Assembly (NCBI RefSeq): GCF_009914755.1
Contig: NC_060936.1
Length of the DNA: 64,000 bases
Origin: the human T2T-CHM13v2.0 reference genome, Homo sapiens
Reading direction: 5' to 3' (one strand)
Shown: piece by piece, positions 47,525 through 61,100 of the stretch
How positions within the stretch are numbered: position 1 is the first letter of the stretch
Layout of the letters: the number at the start of each line of letters is the position of its first letter
Translations under genes and position numbers: made by a program
Notes under the pieces: generated by a model
The model's database searches: none
What the model was told of the DNA's origin: nothing
The model's input: the letters and a program-made list of their open reading frames with translations, nothing else

Positions 47525-49294
47525 TGTATTAGTCAGGATTCTCTAGAGGGACAGAACTAATGGAATATATATATTTATTATATATATGAAACATATATTT
47601 ATTATATATGATATATATTTATTTATTATATATATGAAATATATATATTATATATGAAATATATGTATTTATTATATATATTTATTATATATATTAGAAA
47701 CTTTCTTTTAACTCCCCTAGTTGCAACATTAAATGCAGAATCCCTACTTAGTGGGCCCAAATCAATAAATTCAGCCTGATCCAACTCTATGTTCCTTCCA
47801 CCCTTAATATCCATTCCTATGCCTGTTCTTCAGTTTTTGGTTTATAGAAATTAGAAAACTCAAGCAGCTCTTTTCTAGTGTAGTTTACCTCCTCATGGGT
47901 CACACTCTCAGCCTCACCTCTAGGGGCCCGCTGAGACTTTAGTCTAGTTATAGGTCTAGAAGCAAACAGGGGTGTTGGGGGTGGCTCCTGAGGAAAATCA
48001 ACATTATCTTGCCTGGCAAATGTCTCAGGGGAGGCCATCACTGTTGCCTCAGGCAGCACAGGGTTTTCTCCTTAGACAAAGCTGGAAGGGCTGATGGCAG
48101 CATGGGTTGGAGAGGGGATGTTGCCATTTCTGGGGATGGGGAAACTGTTTCTTCTGGCAAAAAAAGGTTCATTAGACTTTACAAATTCAGTATTTCCAGC
48201 TTCATCAGGGTCCTCCCACATTTCACCATTCCAAGTTGCAGGGTCCCATTCTTTTCTAATCAATGCCCTCACTTTAACAGTAGACACCTGATGGGGCTGT
48301 GCATGCGCCTTTCGTTGCAGGTCAGCCACTCGCATGATAAGAGCTTGTTTCTGTTGTTCCATAATTTCAGCTCTTTCTCTACAGGAGATAAGACTTTCAC
48401 TCAGGGCAATCTTAGCAGACTTCAGGCTCAGTATCTGCTACTGAAGCCGGGAAATAGAATCCCAGAGTTCATCATTTTCTTTCATCATTTTGTCCACTAA
48501 ACTTAGGAGCAAACAACCAGCTTCATTATGTTTCTTGGTTCTCAAAGTATAGTAAAAGGTATTTTGTAGAGTCACTAAACTCCTTGCCTCTCATGAACGA
48601 TGAGTCAGGAGTGTCAAATGCATTTATTTTGCGTAACTCTCTAAACAGTTCAAGCCAAGGACTATCAGTGTTCTCCATAGTATTAGAAGTAGAGTTCTTA
48701 GAATTTTTTGGTCTAATCATATTAAGCAGGCAACTCCAGAAACTCCAAAACCAATGAAATAATTCTATCCTTAATATTCTGTTCCTCTAGAACCACTCCT
48801 GGTACCAAAATCTGTATGAGTCAGGGTTCTCTAGAGGGATAGAACTACTATAAATTTTATATACATATATATATGTATGTAATATATATTTTATATAAGT
48901 ATATATATATATATGTATATAAAACAGGGAGCTTATTAAGTATTAACTCACATGATCACAAAGTCCCACAATAGGCTGTCTGCAGGCTGAGGAGCAAGGA
49001 GAGCCAGTCCAAGTTCCAAAACCGAAGAACTTGGAGCCCAATGTTCAAGGGCAGGAAGCATGCAGCGGGGGATGCTAAGCCAGTCTCTCTTTTCACATTT
49101 TTCTGTCTGCTTATATTCTAGCAGTGCTAGCAGCTGATTAGATTGTGCTCACCCAGATTAATGATGGATCTGCCCTTCCCAGCCCACTGTCTCAAATGTC
49201 AGTCTCCTTTGGCAACACCCTCACAGACACACTCGGGATCAATACTTTGTATCCTTCAATCCAATCAAATTGATACTCAGTATTAACCATCACA
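47525..49294 (-). mobile_element. HERV-L provirus remnant (MLT2A-type LTRs, gag 5' part)
   Basis: 5' LTR 48813-49294, PBS-like tggtaccaggagtggt on the minus strand, gag-like peptides (VSTVKVRALIRKEWDPATWNGEMWEDPDEAG; GGRNIELDQAEFIDLGPLSRDSAFNV), terminal piece of the 3' LTR at 47525-~47695. 5-bp TSD gtcat at 47520-47524 and 49295-49299. Confidence 0.92.
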
Positions 49295-51304
49295 GTCATA
49301 CATATGACTTCCAGGAAATCATCACTGAGTTCTTTGAAATACACACATAGAAACCTAAAGAGTACTGTGATTATAAGAAATGGGCAACAAGAACTAGGCT
49401 TCCTTATGTTTCTAAAGTTCTTTCATTAATCCAGAAGAAACAAACCTAATAGCAAGTTTTTATCATAATGTCTAAAAAATATTCCCTGGGAGTAATTCAG
49501 TCCTATAGGAACATGCTTTCATGGTTTAAACCTCTAGTTATGTTAAGTGCAGAGCAGAAGTAATGCATTAAATGTTTCCTTAGTTACCAAAAGGAATGAA
49601 TACATCTGCCAATGTTTCTAAGCAAGTCCTATGCCAGGAGAAGAAAACTGATTGGCAAAAAATAATATTTTATTTTTAAAAAAATTTAACTGTCCCCAAA
49701 TTACAAAGGCATATCAATCCAGTATAGCTTCAGATTTACATTGCTTACGTACAGATTAATAGTGCTTATGTTTATTTTCATGACTTCCTCCACCAAATTA
49801 TTTGTTTGGGGGATCAATACATATTTTGCATTGCTTATAAGTAATTAAACATGGCTTTTTTTCCCTTACATTACCAATGTAGTTTGGATCTTTTATTCTA
49901 ATAAACTTGTTAACTTTTCCTTCTTTAACTTTCATGGTACCAAATACTAAATTCTCTAATAGAAAAAATAATGATGGAAAATAAACTTACCTTTTAACAA
50001 TAAATTAAACAGTTCATCTTTCACATTTCATGTTTTGATTTGAGCTATCAACAAATAATCTTACCCAAAATATCTCTAAATCTAAATGACCTGGAAAAAA
50101 TATTTTGTTTGATTTTCACCATTTCGTCATATCATAGAAGTTTAAAGGGTTTATTTTGGCCATATCTACAAGAAGAAATTGTGTTACATAGCTACAGGAA
50201 TAGACAGGATGGAAGATAGATGGTAGAATGGGAAAGAGACCTTTAGAAGTCACTCAGGTTATTTTCATTTGCAACACACTCTTTAACAGAAAATAATGAC
50301 AAAGTATGGTAATATGTAATTTATTCGGCACTTAATATTTTAAAAACACTTTCTTGTACTTTGTTTTATGTGCACAAAATTTGATTTATACTAAGTCACC
50401 AGGTATCAAATATCGATATGGCAAGTGACAGAAAAGGCAATGGACTGAGATACAAAACTAGTAGTTGGATAGGTGGGTAGGTAGATCAGAGAGATTAGCT
50501 AGCAAGCTAGATAGCTTTTAGAAATAAAGACTTATTTTAGAAATAAGATAGATTGATAATGGTACTAGGGTATACAAAATAGTTTTCTCTATATCATGAA
50601 TTACAATTCCTTTTATAAAGTGTACCAGGTCATAAACAGCTGATTTTCTATATTATCTTTTAATACTTTACACTCACAAAAAACAGTTATTTTCTTAAAA
50701 AATAAACTAGACTATGCTTGGCATTAATCATGTGTCATTAAACAAAGCAATCTGACACAAATACAGCATAACCTAGTCTTCAAAATTAAACACCAAATTA
50801 AAAAAGACTATTTGTGATTGATTCTAGAATATATTACAGCATTTTTCCATCCATGCAATTTATCATACTTATCTAAAAATTTTTTAAAATTCCTTGAGAG
50901 ATTGACTTTGAGAGAAGAATAAGCAAAATATTTTTTCACTCAGGAACATAGCATATTTTCCAAGTTTTCAAAATAAGAGTATTATTTTAATAATTTCTGC
51001 ATTTCATAGATTTAACGTTTGTATTGTTACTTTTCTAGATAGAGGCTTTAGTCATTTTGCTTTGCCCATTACAAATCTTATTTGAGAACTTGAAAACTTA
51101 CATTAATTTGATTAACCGAAGGTCTTGATACATCATTTTTCTGTGATGTCCCACTGACCTTTAGAAAAGTTGTGTTATTTTCTTTCTGATGTCTTATCTG
51201 ATCTCAAAAAGAATGTGAACAAAAGACAGTAAGCCTTTGCACTCTGAATCTCAAGGTGACATTTAAGACTGACATCCAGCTAGCAAAAGTACATCTCAAA
51301 ATTT

Positions 51305-51512
51305 ATTCTTGTCCCATAGGGATAAGCAAATCATTAATGTAAGAAGGTATCAGGCCATTAAGTGCTTTAAACGTCAACAATAAAACTTTAAAATCAATGC
51401 AAACCTTGACAGGAAGCCAATATGAAAACTGGAGGACAAAAGTGATGTACTTTGAACAGGTAAGTAGCCTCACACTGTGAATGAGCTGAACCTTGGAGAT
51501 TGATTTATCAAA
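51305..51512 (-). mobile_element. Ancient L2-clade LINE ORF2 C-terminal fragment
   Basis: Translation KSISKVQLIHSVRLLT..KYITFVLQFSYWLPVKVCIDFKVLLLTFKALNGLIPSYINDLL matches the L2-clade motif LQ..QNAAARL...HITPVL..LHWLPV..RI.FK.LLLTFKAL.GLAP.YL.DLL. Confidence 0.8.
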
Positions 51513-51964
51513 AAAATCGAAACATCTGGATGTTGAACCAGTCCAGTCTCCGTGATTATCACATTGCAGTCGTTTCAGTACTACTTGCATGTCTTTACTC
51601 AAAAGATGTGCTGTAGAAGATAACTGTTAACAAGAGCAGCATTTTACATTGAAACCAATAACTAGGTTCAAATTAATAGGAACATCAACTTTTGTACAAT
51701 ACTGTAGAATTCACAACATGCTTTTTCAAATAGTATTCCACAAGATCTAGGAACAAGGACATTCACAATTGAAAGAATATATTTATGTGCTTACTTTTGT
51801 GATACTAATATTCCAATAATAAACTTAAAATTGTTGAATAAAATAATAAAAAGTGAGAGTTATTTGTTCTAAATCTTACTTCTGATTGGCAAAGTTTGCA
51901 ATACATGGGGAACAGTTCTAATTCCTTTTCAATATACTTCTGCCCATTTGATGACTTTCATAAA

Positions 51965-52145
51965 GATAATGATAATAATAATAGCTAACAGTAACTGAGC
52001 ACTTATGAACCATGCATGGTCTCATATAATCTACTACTGCTATTCACATTTTATGGATGAGGAAACTGAGGCACAGATAGACAACACGAAGTGACTAAAA
52101 TTCTGCAACTTTTATATGTCAGAACTAGGAAGGACATTGACCCCA
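51965..52145 (-). mobile_element. MIR
   Basis: aataatagctaac...gagcacttat...attttatggatgaggaaactgaggcacaga. Confidence 0.8.
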
Positions 52146-53839
52146 GAAACTGCTATGTAACATAAGTCTTATATATTTGGTCATATATTTATTTATTTGT
52201 GTGTGTGTATATATATATATATGTATATAATAGTATATATACTATTTTAATGCATGTGCTGTTTTAATCATTCATATCTTTGTGTGAGTATGCGTATATG
52301 TAATTTGAAATATTGTGATACTGTTGTCACATTACAAATAGCAAAAAAGTAAAGTGAGAGGTAAATGTAGTCTTCAAATAGTTATCACCCTTTCTTTAGT
52401 GAATAAAATCTTTGTATGCCAGTGTTTATTGGCAAGTGACTATTTCAAACCTCAGTGATTGGAAAAATTGTTCTGTATGCTCTTTTTTTTTCCTTCCTCC
52501 CTTAAAGGAACCCTACAGAGGGTCACTTTGCTTTGATTACACAGGGATGGATAATTATAATGACAAACAAGACTCCCCAAGGTATACTCACATAAGTCTT
52601 TATTAAAAGAAAAGGGTATGGTACGACAGGAGAAGGACAGTACAGGCAAACAGTGATGGTTTCCAGCCCCTAGGATCCCATCTCAGTCACACAGAATCTG
52701 CTTTGTTTTCAGATTATGAACCACAAAGATACACACGAACTGTCTTGATTTGAAGGGAGCCTGTGCAAAACTTTACATCAGGGTCTTTTGTATCCCATTA
52801 CTCACCTAAGTAAAGCTAGCTGTGTAACCAGTTAAGTAAGGAGTAAAACATTAATCTGAACATTTCTAAACAATGTAAAAAAGCATGCTCCAAGCTGCAA
52901 CAAGCCAAGAGTCAGTTTCAGTTGTACAGGCACGGTGTTCATTATTGAGTGAAGCAATTTATTGAGCAGGTACTCAGTAAGTATTAGTGGACTCTTTGGA
53001 CACTCACCTAAAACTTGATACTTCTCTCGTTGTTGAACAGAGAAAAAATATACCAGCCTCCTCTGGAAGCAGCGAGGGAAAATTTAAGAAGTTGGTATTT
53101 ACTGTATATCTTAAAAAAATCCAAAACATCCACCCACGATTTTTAAAAAATATGAATGACAAAGTTATAGCCATCAAATAAAGATGAAGAAAAGGTGAGA
53201 ACATGGGAGTGAACATCCTTCTCTGGGGCTGGGAGATGCAATGGTAGTGTTCCCATTCTTCATGTCTTTAGCAGATAAAAACAAAAAACTGGAAGATGAG
53301 AATATTAGTAGGAAGCAATAAGGAATGAGGCAACTCATTTGAGCAGCTAGAAACAGAATACCCACCTGTGGCTCAGAAACAATAATGTATAATTCATGTG
53401 CTTCCAATTTGATTGATGCCAACCTGAATCATGAACGGCAGCTCAGGATAGTTGTTCCTGGATCAGAAGAGAGGTTTCAAGTCAGAATGTTGCTATGTTC
53501 ACTATTGTTCCTGCACTGTGAGTAATAAATCACCTTATTATCACCACAACCCCTACATCATAATGGTGACTATATGTTGCCTATTGACTTCTAACTTATA
53601 TATTTATTGTTGCTCTGGTAACATTATTATGCATCTAATAAATGTTGTAACATAATATATACTTTTTACTTTTAAATAAATGTTAAGACACAAAATCCAG
53701 ACACCAAGTTTTTCTCTTGTCTTCAGGGTTGGGAGGTTACATAATTGTTCAAGTCTATTGGTCAAGCAGGTGAGGGTAGATGCAGGTGGTGGAAATAGGT
53801 AGGTGGTATGTGCGGAGAAACTAAGATGAAGCCATGTAA

Positions 53840-54132
53840 TTTTTTTTTTTTTTTTGAGACAGGGTCTTGCTCGTCACCCTGGCTGGAGTTCAGTGGCACA
53901 ATTATGAGTCACTCAAGCCTTGTTCTCCTGGGCTCAAGTGATCCTCCTGCCTTAGCCTCCCTAGTAGCCGGAACTACAGGTGTGCACCACCACTCCTGGC
54001 TATTTTTTTTTCCAGTAGAGACGAGGTCTCGCTGTGTTGCCCAGGCTTGAGCTCCTGAACTCAAGTGATCTTCCCACCTCAGCCTCCCAAAGTACTGGGA
54101 TTACAGGTATGTATGAACCACCGTGCCCAGCC
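53840..54132 (-). mobile_element. AluJ
   Basis: Poly-T followed by a diverged Alu dimer. Confidence 0.92.
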
Positions 54133-55226
54133 ATTTGATTCTTTAAAAAGAGTGAACTGTGGAGTCAGATTCTCATCACTTATCATATAAGATTTTTTAC
54201 CTTTTTTGTCATATCTTCCAATGACCTTCTTATATCTTAAAGTAAACTGAAAATGTTAATACCAACACTCATACTGACCAAGACAGGTATGACAGAATCA
54301 GTAAATTGTCTTTACTGCTATAAATTTTCATATGCCCATTTATATCAAAAGTGAATGTGAAACAGCAGGACATCAAATTACTTTGGATTTCCTGTAGCCA
54401 CACATGTGTAGTTTATGAAAAAACATGAATTCTGATAATGCTTTAGGTCATGTGGAGAAATGAGGCTTCTAAAATAGTGCTTAGAATCAGTGAGCTAAAT
54501 CATTAACTATCATCTATTCATGCTGATATCTTCTTGGTAAGCAATTTTCTATTTTTTCTCCTAGAGGAAACTGACTTTTGTCCATTGTTCCAGCTGTTAG
54601 AGTGCACATCTTTCAATTCAAATGCAAATTGTATCAAAAGTCTTATACATGCTTCTTCATCTAAATTTGACAAGGTTTATTAATAGAGAAATAGACTACC
54701 AAATACTTATCTTTCAGCAAGGATTATCAATATTACTAAGTTGTGTAACAAATGCATTGAATATTTTATTGGCTCACTCATAAATTTTTGACTTTTGATA
54801 GGATAATAACCGCTCTGTAGAAAGACATTGCTGTTTCTCATCAGAAGAAGCTAATCATTTCCTGAAAACGGAAAATATGAACATAGTAGGTATTCGTGTT
54901 CATTACAGGAAACCCTGGTTCTATGTGACCTCCAAGCTAATTTCAGCAGAAATTCATCAAAAGGGTTAAAAACCATTCCCTTATTTAGGAAATGCTCTCT
55001 TTGCTAAATTCAAATTTAATAGTATGACATAAATAATAACACAGGCAAGGAGGAAAGTTGTGTAAAGTATATCCTAGTGAAAATGAGATCTCTGGCATAG
55101 CTGGACTGTAGGTGTTCCAAGCTATTGATTATTTATATTTGCTTCTCACATAGGGCGCAAGACTCATATCTTACTTCTACTCAATTCTGTTAGAACCAGC
55201 TTGAACACCACACTCCTTTCTGGTAG

Positions 55227-55630
<404 letters not shown>

Positions 55631-56902
55631 GCAGGCCACCATTTCTAAGCAGTGAGGAGTGCTCAAGTTTGGCAGCTCGTGCCTGCTGCTATGGCTGTCT
55701 TTGCTCCTTGCTGCCACATAGCCCTGCTATAAAAAACTGGTTCTCGCCCATCTCTCCAATGATGCTGTTTGCACTGCAGTCAAGTCTTATATTTTATTAG
55801 CTTATGCTAAAGGGTTCTTCTCTTAGAAGAAGGATACGTCAACAAGGGAAGCCCTCTCCTTTTGCGCGTCATTCACCCCATGCTGACATCTACCATAACC
55901 TGTAATGCGCCATCCTTTACAGGCTTCACTACTGGCAGCCACTTTCCTCTAAAGTCTTACTGCCTGGGAGATTCTCTGCCCGTATAAATTTGGGCCTAAT
56001 AACATCTTCAACCACCATTCCTCCTTCCCAGAGATATCACCAAGGAATCTGCTTTCTTTTCAACCTCTGAAACACAGAGTTCTTTCTGCCTCCCTTCCTT
56101 TGACAATACACTATCCACAGAGAAAGTTAACCTTTCTTGATAGTAAGGAAGATCCAGAATTAAAAGTAGGGAAAGTTCTATTTACCTTGGAAGTAAGCAA
56201 GAAGTGGTCCTTTTCTTTCTTCATATTCTGCCACTGTCCTCAAATACTCAGAAAATAATTAATACATAATCCTTAATACTATCATACTCTGACGGAAGTA
56301 TTATAGATAGCGGTAACACAAGTTAAGGGCCTTGAAGCTGGAATAAAGTTAGCAAATTTTGTAACAATAAGATCAGTGTAGCTGGGGCAAAGTAAGCAAG
56401 AGGGAAGTTAGAAGACAATTTTGGAGAAAAATGCATGAGCTAGATTTGTATAACCCAGGAGCTACAGGGAAGGGGTTTGAAATTCAATTGAGTGTTTTGA
56501 GCTGAGGCATAATGTGATCTCATGTGTTGTTTTTAAGATAAGTACTTAAGATTGTTATTTTGAAATATTTCAGACATAAAAATTATGCACAAAGAATTAT
56601 ACAATATTTGTCTTATATTGTTCAAGGAATAAAAGAGCAATATAGTTGATGTATCCTGTACTTTTCTTGATCATCATGATCATCATCTTTCTATTCCATT
56701 TTCCTCAAACACTGGTAACTATTATTCTAAATTTGGTGGAGGTAATTTCCATTACTTTATACTTACAGAGCATATTAAATATTTATGTATATGGCATTAT
56801 ACTGTGCACATTACTTTGTATTTTATCATATAACAATCATCCATGTTGATATGAGTAGCTTTGGGTCACTGTTTTTTGCTGCTATGTATTATTCCAAACG
56901 AT

Positions 56903-58165
56903 ACAGTTGGGTGTACTCTGTGTATGTAGACCCCTGTGATATTATTTATAATACCCGGGCAAGATGTTACATTTAATGTCCCAGTGGGTGTATACCCTGT
57001 GATATTATTCATAATATCCTAGGGGGATGTTATAACTTATGTCACAGTGGGTGTACACCATGTGTGTATGCCTTGTGATGTTATTCATAATATTCTAGGG
57101 AATGTTTCTCCTAATGTCACAGTGGGTATACACACATGGTGTACACCTAGTGATATTATTTGTAGTATTTTAGGGGAATGTTACTCCTAATGTTACAGGG
57201 CGTGTACGCCCTGTGATATTATTTGTAATATCCTAGAAGGGTGTTACTCCTAATGTCATAGGTGGTGTAGATTCTGTGATATTATTTTTAACATCCTGGG
57301 TGGATGTTACTTCTAATGTCAAAGAGGGTGTACACCCTGTGATATTACTGGTAATACCCTCGAGGGATATTACTCCTAACATCACAATGAATGAATACAC
57401 CATGTACACGCCATGCGTGTACACCCACTGTGATATTATTCATAATATCCTAGGTAGGTATTACATCTAATATCACAGTGGGTGTACACCATGTGTGTAC
57501 ACCCACTGTGATATTGTTCATAATATCCAAGGGAGATATTACTCCTAATATCACCGTAAGTGTATACCCTGTGATATTACTTGTAATATTCTAGGAAATA
57601 TATTATTCTTAACATCACAGTGGGTGCACACCCTGTGATATTATTCATACTATACTAGGGGGATGGTACTCCTAATGTCACAATGGTTGTACATCCTGTA
57701 ATATTTTTGGTAATATCTTAAGGAGGATTTTACTCCTAATATCACGGGGGTTGTATACTCCCGTGATATTATTCGTAATATTCTAGAAGGATGTTTTACC
57801 TAATGTCACAGGGGATGTATGCCCTCTGATATTTTTCATAACATCCTAGGAGGATGTTATTCTTAATGTGTACACACTGTGGTATTATTTATAATATCCT
57901 AGAGAGATGTTAATTTCACTGTATGTGCCCCCTGTGAAATTATTCATAATATCCTAGAAGGATGTTACTACTAATGTCACAGTGGGTGTACCCCCTGTGA
58001 TATTATTCATAATATCATAGGAAAATAGGACTCCCAATAGCACAGTGGGTGTGCTCTGTGTAATATTATTGGTAATATTCTAGAAAAATATAACTTCTAA
58101 TATCACAATGGGTGTACACCCTGTGGTATTATTCCTAATATCCTAGGGAGAAATCACTTCTAAAA
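56903..58165 (+). repeat. SATR1-type satellite (~60 and ~72 bp monomers)
   Basis: Tandem gatattattcataatatcctagggggatgttactcctaatgtcacagtgggtgtacacc(atgtgtgtacacc)ctgt. Confidence 0.85.
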
Positions 58166-61100
58166 CCACAGGGAGTGTACACCCCGCATGTGATATTGTT
58201 CCTAAAGTCCGTGGGGGAAAAATGACATTACTCCCAATATCGCAGGGGGTGTACAACCCTTCTGCTATATTGTTCCTTATATCCAGAGGGAAAGAGGATG
58301 ATATTACTCCCAATATTACAGAGGGTGTACACCGCCCTTGTGATATTGTTCCTAATATCCAGGAGGGGAGAGGATGATATTACTCCCAATATCGCAGGGG
58401 TGGACACCCATTCTGTGATATATTTCCTAATATCCAGTGGGGGAGAGAATGATATTACTCCAAATAGCACATGACGGGTACACACTTTCTGTGTTATTGT
58501 TCATAATATCCCCGGAGGAGAGGGTGATATTACTCCCAATATCGCAGGGGGTGCACAACCTCCTTGTGATATTGTTCCTAATATCCAGAAGAAAACACGA
58601 TGGTATTACTGCCAATACCACACACCTGTGATATTGTTTCTAATATCTGGGTAGAGGGGAGAGATATTATGCCCAACATCGCTGAAGGTGTACAGCCCTT
58701 TTGTGATGTGTTTCCTAATATCCGGGGGGGAGGGGATGATCTTACAATCAATAACACAGGGGAGTGTACACCCCCCTGTGATATTGTTCCTAATATCATG
58801 AGGAGCAGAGGACAATATTGCTCCCAATTTCACAGGAGTTGCACACCCGCCCTAAGATATTGTATTTAATATTCAAGGGGCAGAGGATGATATTATTCCC
58901 AATATCGCTGGGTGTGTACATCCCCCTGTGATATTGTTTTTAACATCAAGGGGCAGAGGATGATATACTCCCAGTATGGCAGGGAGTGTACACCTCCTCT
59001 ATGATATTGTTCCTAATATTCAGCAGGGGAGAGGATGATATTACTCCCAATATTACAGAGGGTGTACACCACCCTTGTGATATTGTTACTAATATCCAGG
59101 GGGAAGAGGACGATATTACTCCCTACATCACAGGGAGTGTACACCAACCCTGTGACATTGTTCCTAATATCCTTGAAGGGAGAGAATGATATTACTCCCG
59201 ATATCGCATAGGGGTGTACACACCCTATGTGATATTATTTTTAATATCCATAAAAGGAGAGGATAACATTAGTCCCAATATCGCATGGGGTGCACATCAC
59301 CCCTGTGATACAGTTTTTAATCTCCAGGGCAGGAGAGGGGATGATTTTACTCTCAATATCGCAAGGTGTGTACACCCCTCCCTGCGATGTTGTTCCTAAT
59401 AGCCAGGGGGCGAGAGGATGACATTACTCCCAATATCGCAGGGGCAGTACACCCTCCTGTGATACTGTTGCTAATATGAAGAGGGAAAGAGGATAATATT
59501 ACTCCCAATATCACAAGGGGTGTACACACACCCCCCCCCCGCGATATTATTTCTAATATTCAGGGTGGACAAATATGATATTACTCCCAATATCGCAGAA
59601 GGTGTTCACCATTCTGGGATATTGTTCCTAATATCCAGGGAAGGAGAGGATGATATCCCTCCCCAAATCGCAGTGTGTGTCCGCCTCCCTGTGATATTGC
59701 TCATAATGTCCGGTGGGGGAGATAACATTAATCCCAATATCGTACATACGCTGTGTGCATACCCCCTGTGATATGGTTCATAATATCCAGGGAAGGAGAG
59801 AGTGGTATTACTCCCTATATCGCCAAAGGTGTACTTTTCCGTGTGATCTGTGTAAAATCCGGGGGTCGGGGGAGAGGGTGATATTACTCCCCATTTCTTG
59901 GGGGGTCTACCCCCATGTGAAATAGTTCGTCATATCCAGGGACGCAGAGGGTGATATTACACCCAATATAGTGGGGGGTGTTCACTCCCCTGTGATCTGG
60001 TTTGTAATATCCATAGAAGGAGAGGGTGACATTACTACCCATATTCTGGTGGGTGTACACCTTCCTATGATTTGGTTCCTAACATCCAGAGGGGCAGAGA
60101 ATGACTTTACTCCCCATATCTCTGTGATCTGGTTCATAATATCCAGAGCGGGAGAGGGTGATGTTACTCCCCATATCGCGGGGTGTGTATGCCCCTCTGT
60201 GAACTGATTCGTAATATCCAGTGGGGAGAGGGTGACATAACTGCCATACTGCTGTGATCTGGCTCGTAATATCCAGCGGGGGAGAAGGTGAAATTACTCC
60301 CTATACCTCGGGGTTTGTTCACCCCCCTGTGATCTGGTTCATAATATCCAGAGAGGGAGGCGTGACATTACTCCCCATACCGTGGGGAGTGTACACCCCA
60401 CTGTGATCTGGTTTGTAACATCCACAGAGGAAGAGGTTGAAGTTATTGCCCATATCCCGGGGAGTGTACACCCCCATGTGTTCTGGTTCCCAGTATCCAG
60501 AAGGTGAGAGAATGAAACTACTCCCCTTATCGCGGGGGCATGTACAACCCCCTGTGATCTGGTTCGTAATATTCAGTGGGGGAGAGGGTGACATTACTCC
60601 CCATATCGCGGGAGGTTTACACACTCCTGTGATATACTTTGTAATATCCAGTGGGGGAGAGGGTGATATTACTCCCCATATCGCGGGGGGTATACACCCC
60701 CCGTGATAACCATGGGGGGAGAGTGTGATTTTACTCAGCACATCGCGGTGGGCATACGCCCTGCTTTGATATGGTTCATAATATCTGGGGGGGGAGGGGG
60801 GGGAGAAGGTGATATTACTCCCCATATCGTGGGATGTATACACGACCCTGCGATATGGTTCGTAATATTGAGGGTAAGAGAGGGTGATATTACTCCTCAT
60901 ATAGCAGGGGGTTTAATCCCCCTGTGAAATGGTTCCTAATATCCAGATGGGGAGAGGTTGATATTACTCCCCATATCGCAGAGGGTGTACACCCTACATG
61001 ATATGGTTTGCAATATCCAGAGTAGGAGAAAGCGATATTACTCCCCATATCACGAGGGATGTACACTGCACGGTGATCTAGTTCCTAATATCACGAAGTG

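Noticed and set aside
52700-53450. Acceptor-like tctgctttgttttcag followed by unique sequence and short ORFs
   Set aside because: No matching donor or coding signal could be supported from sequence alone.
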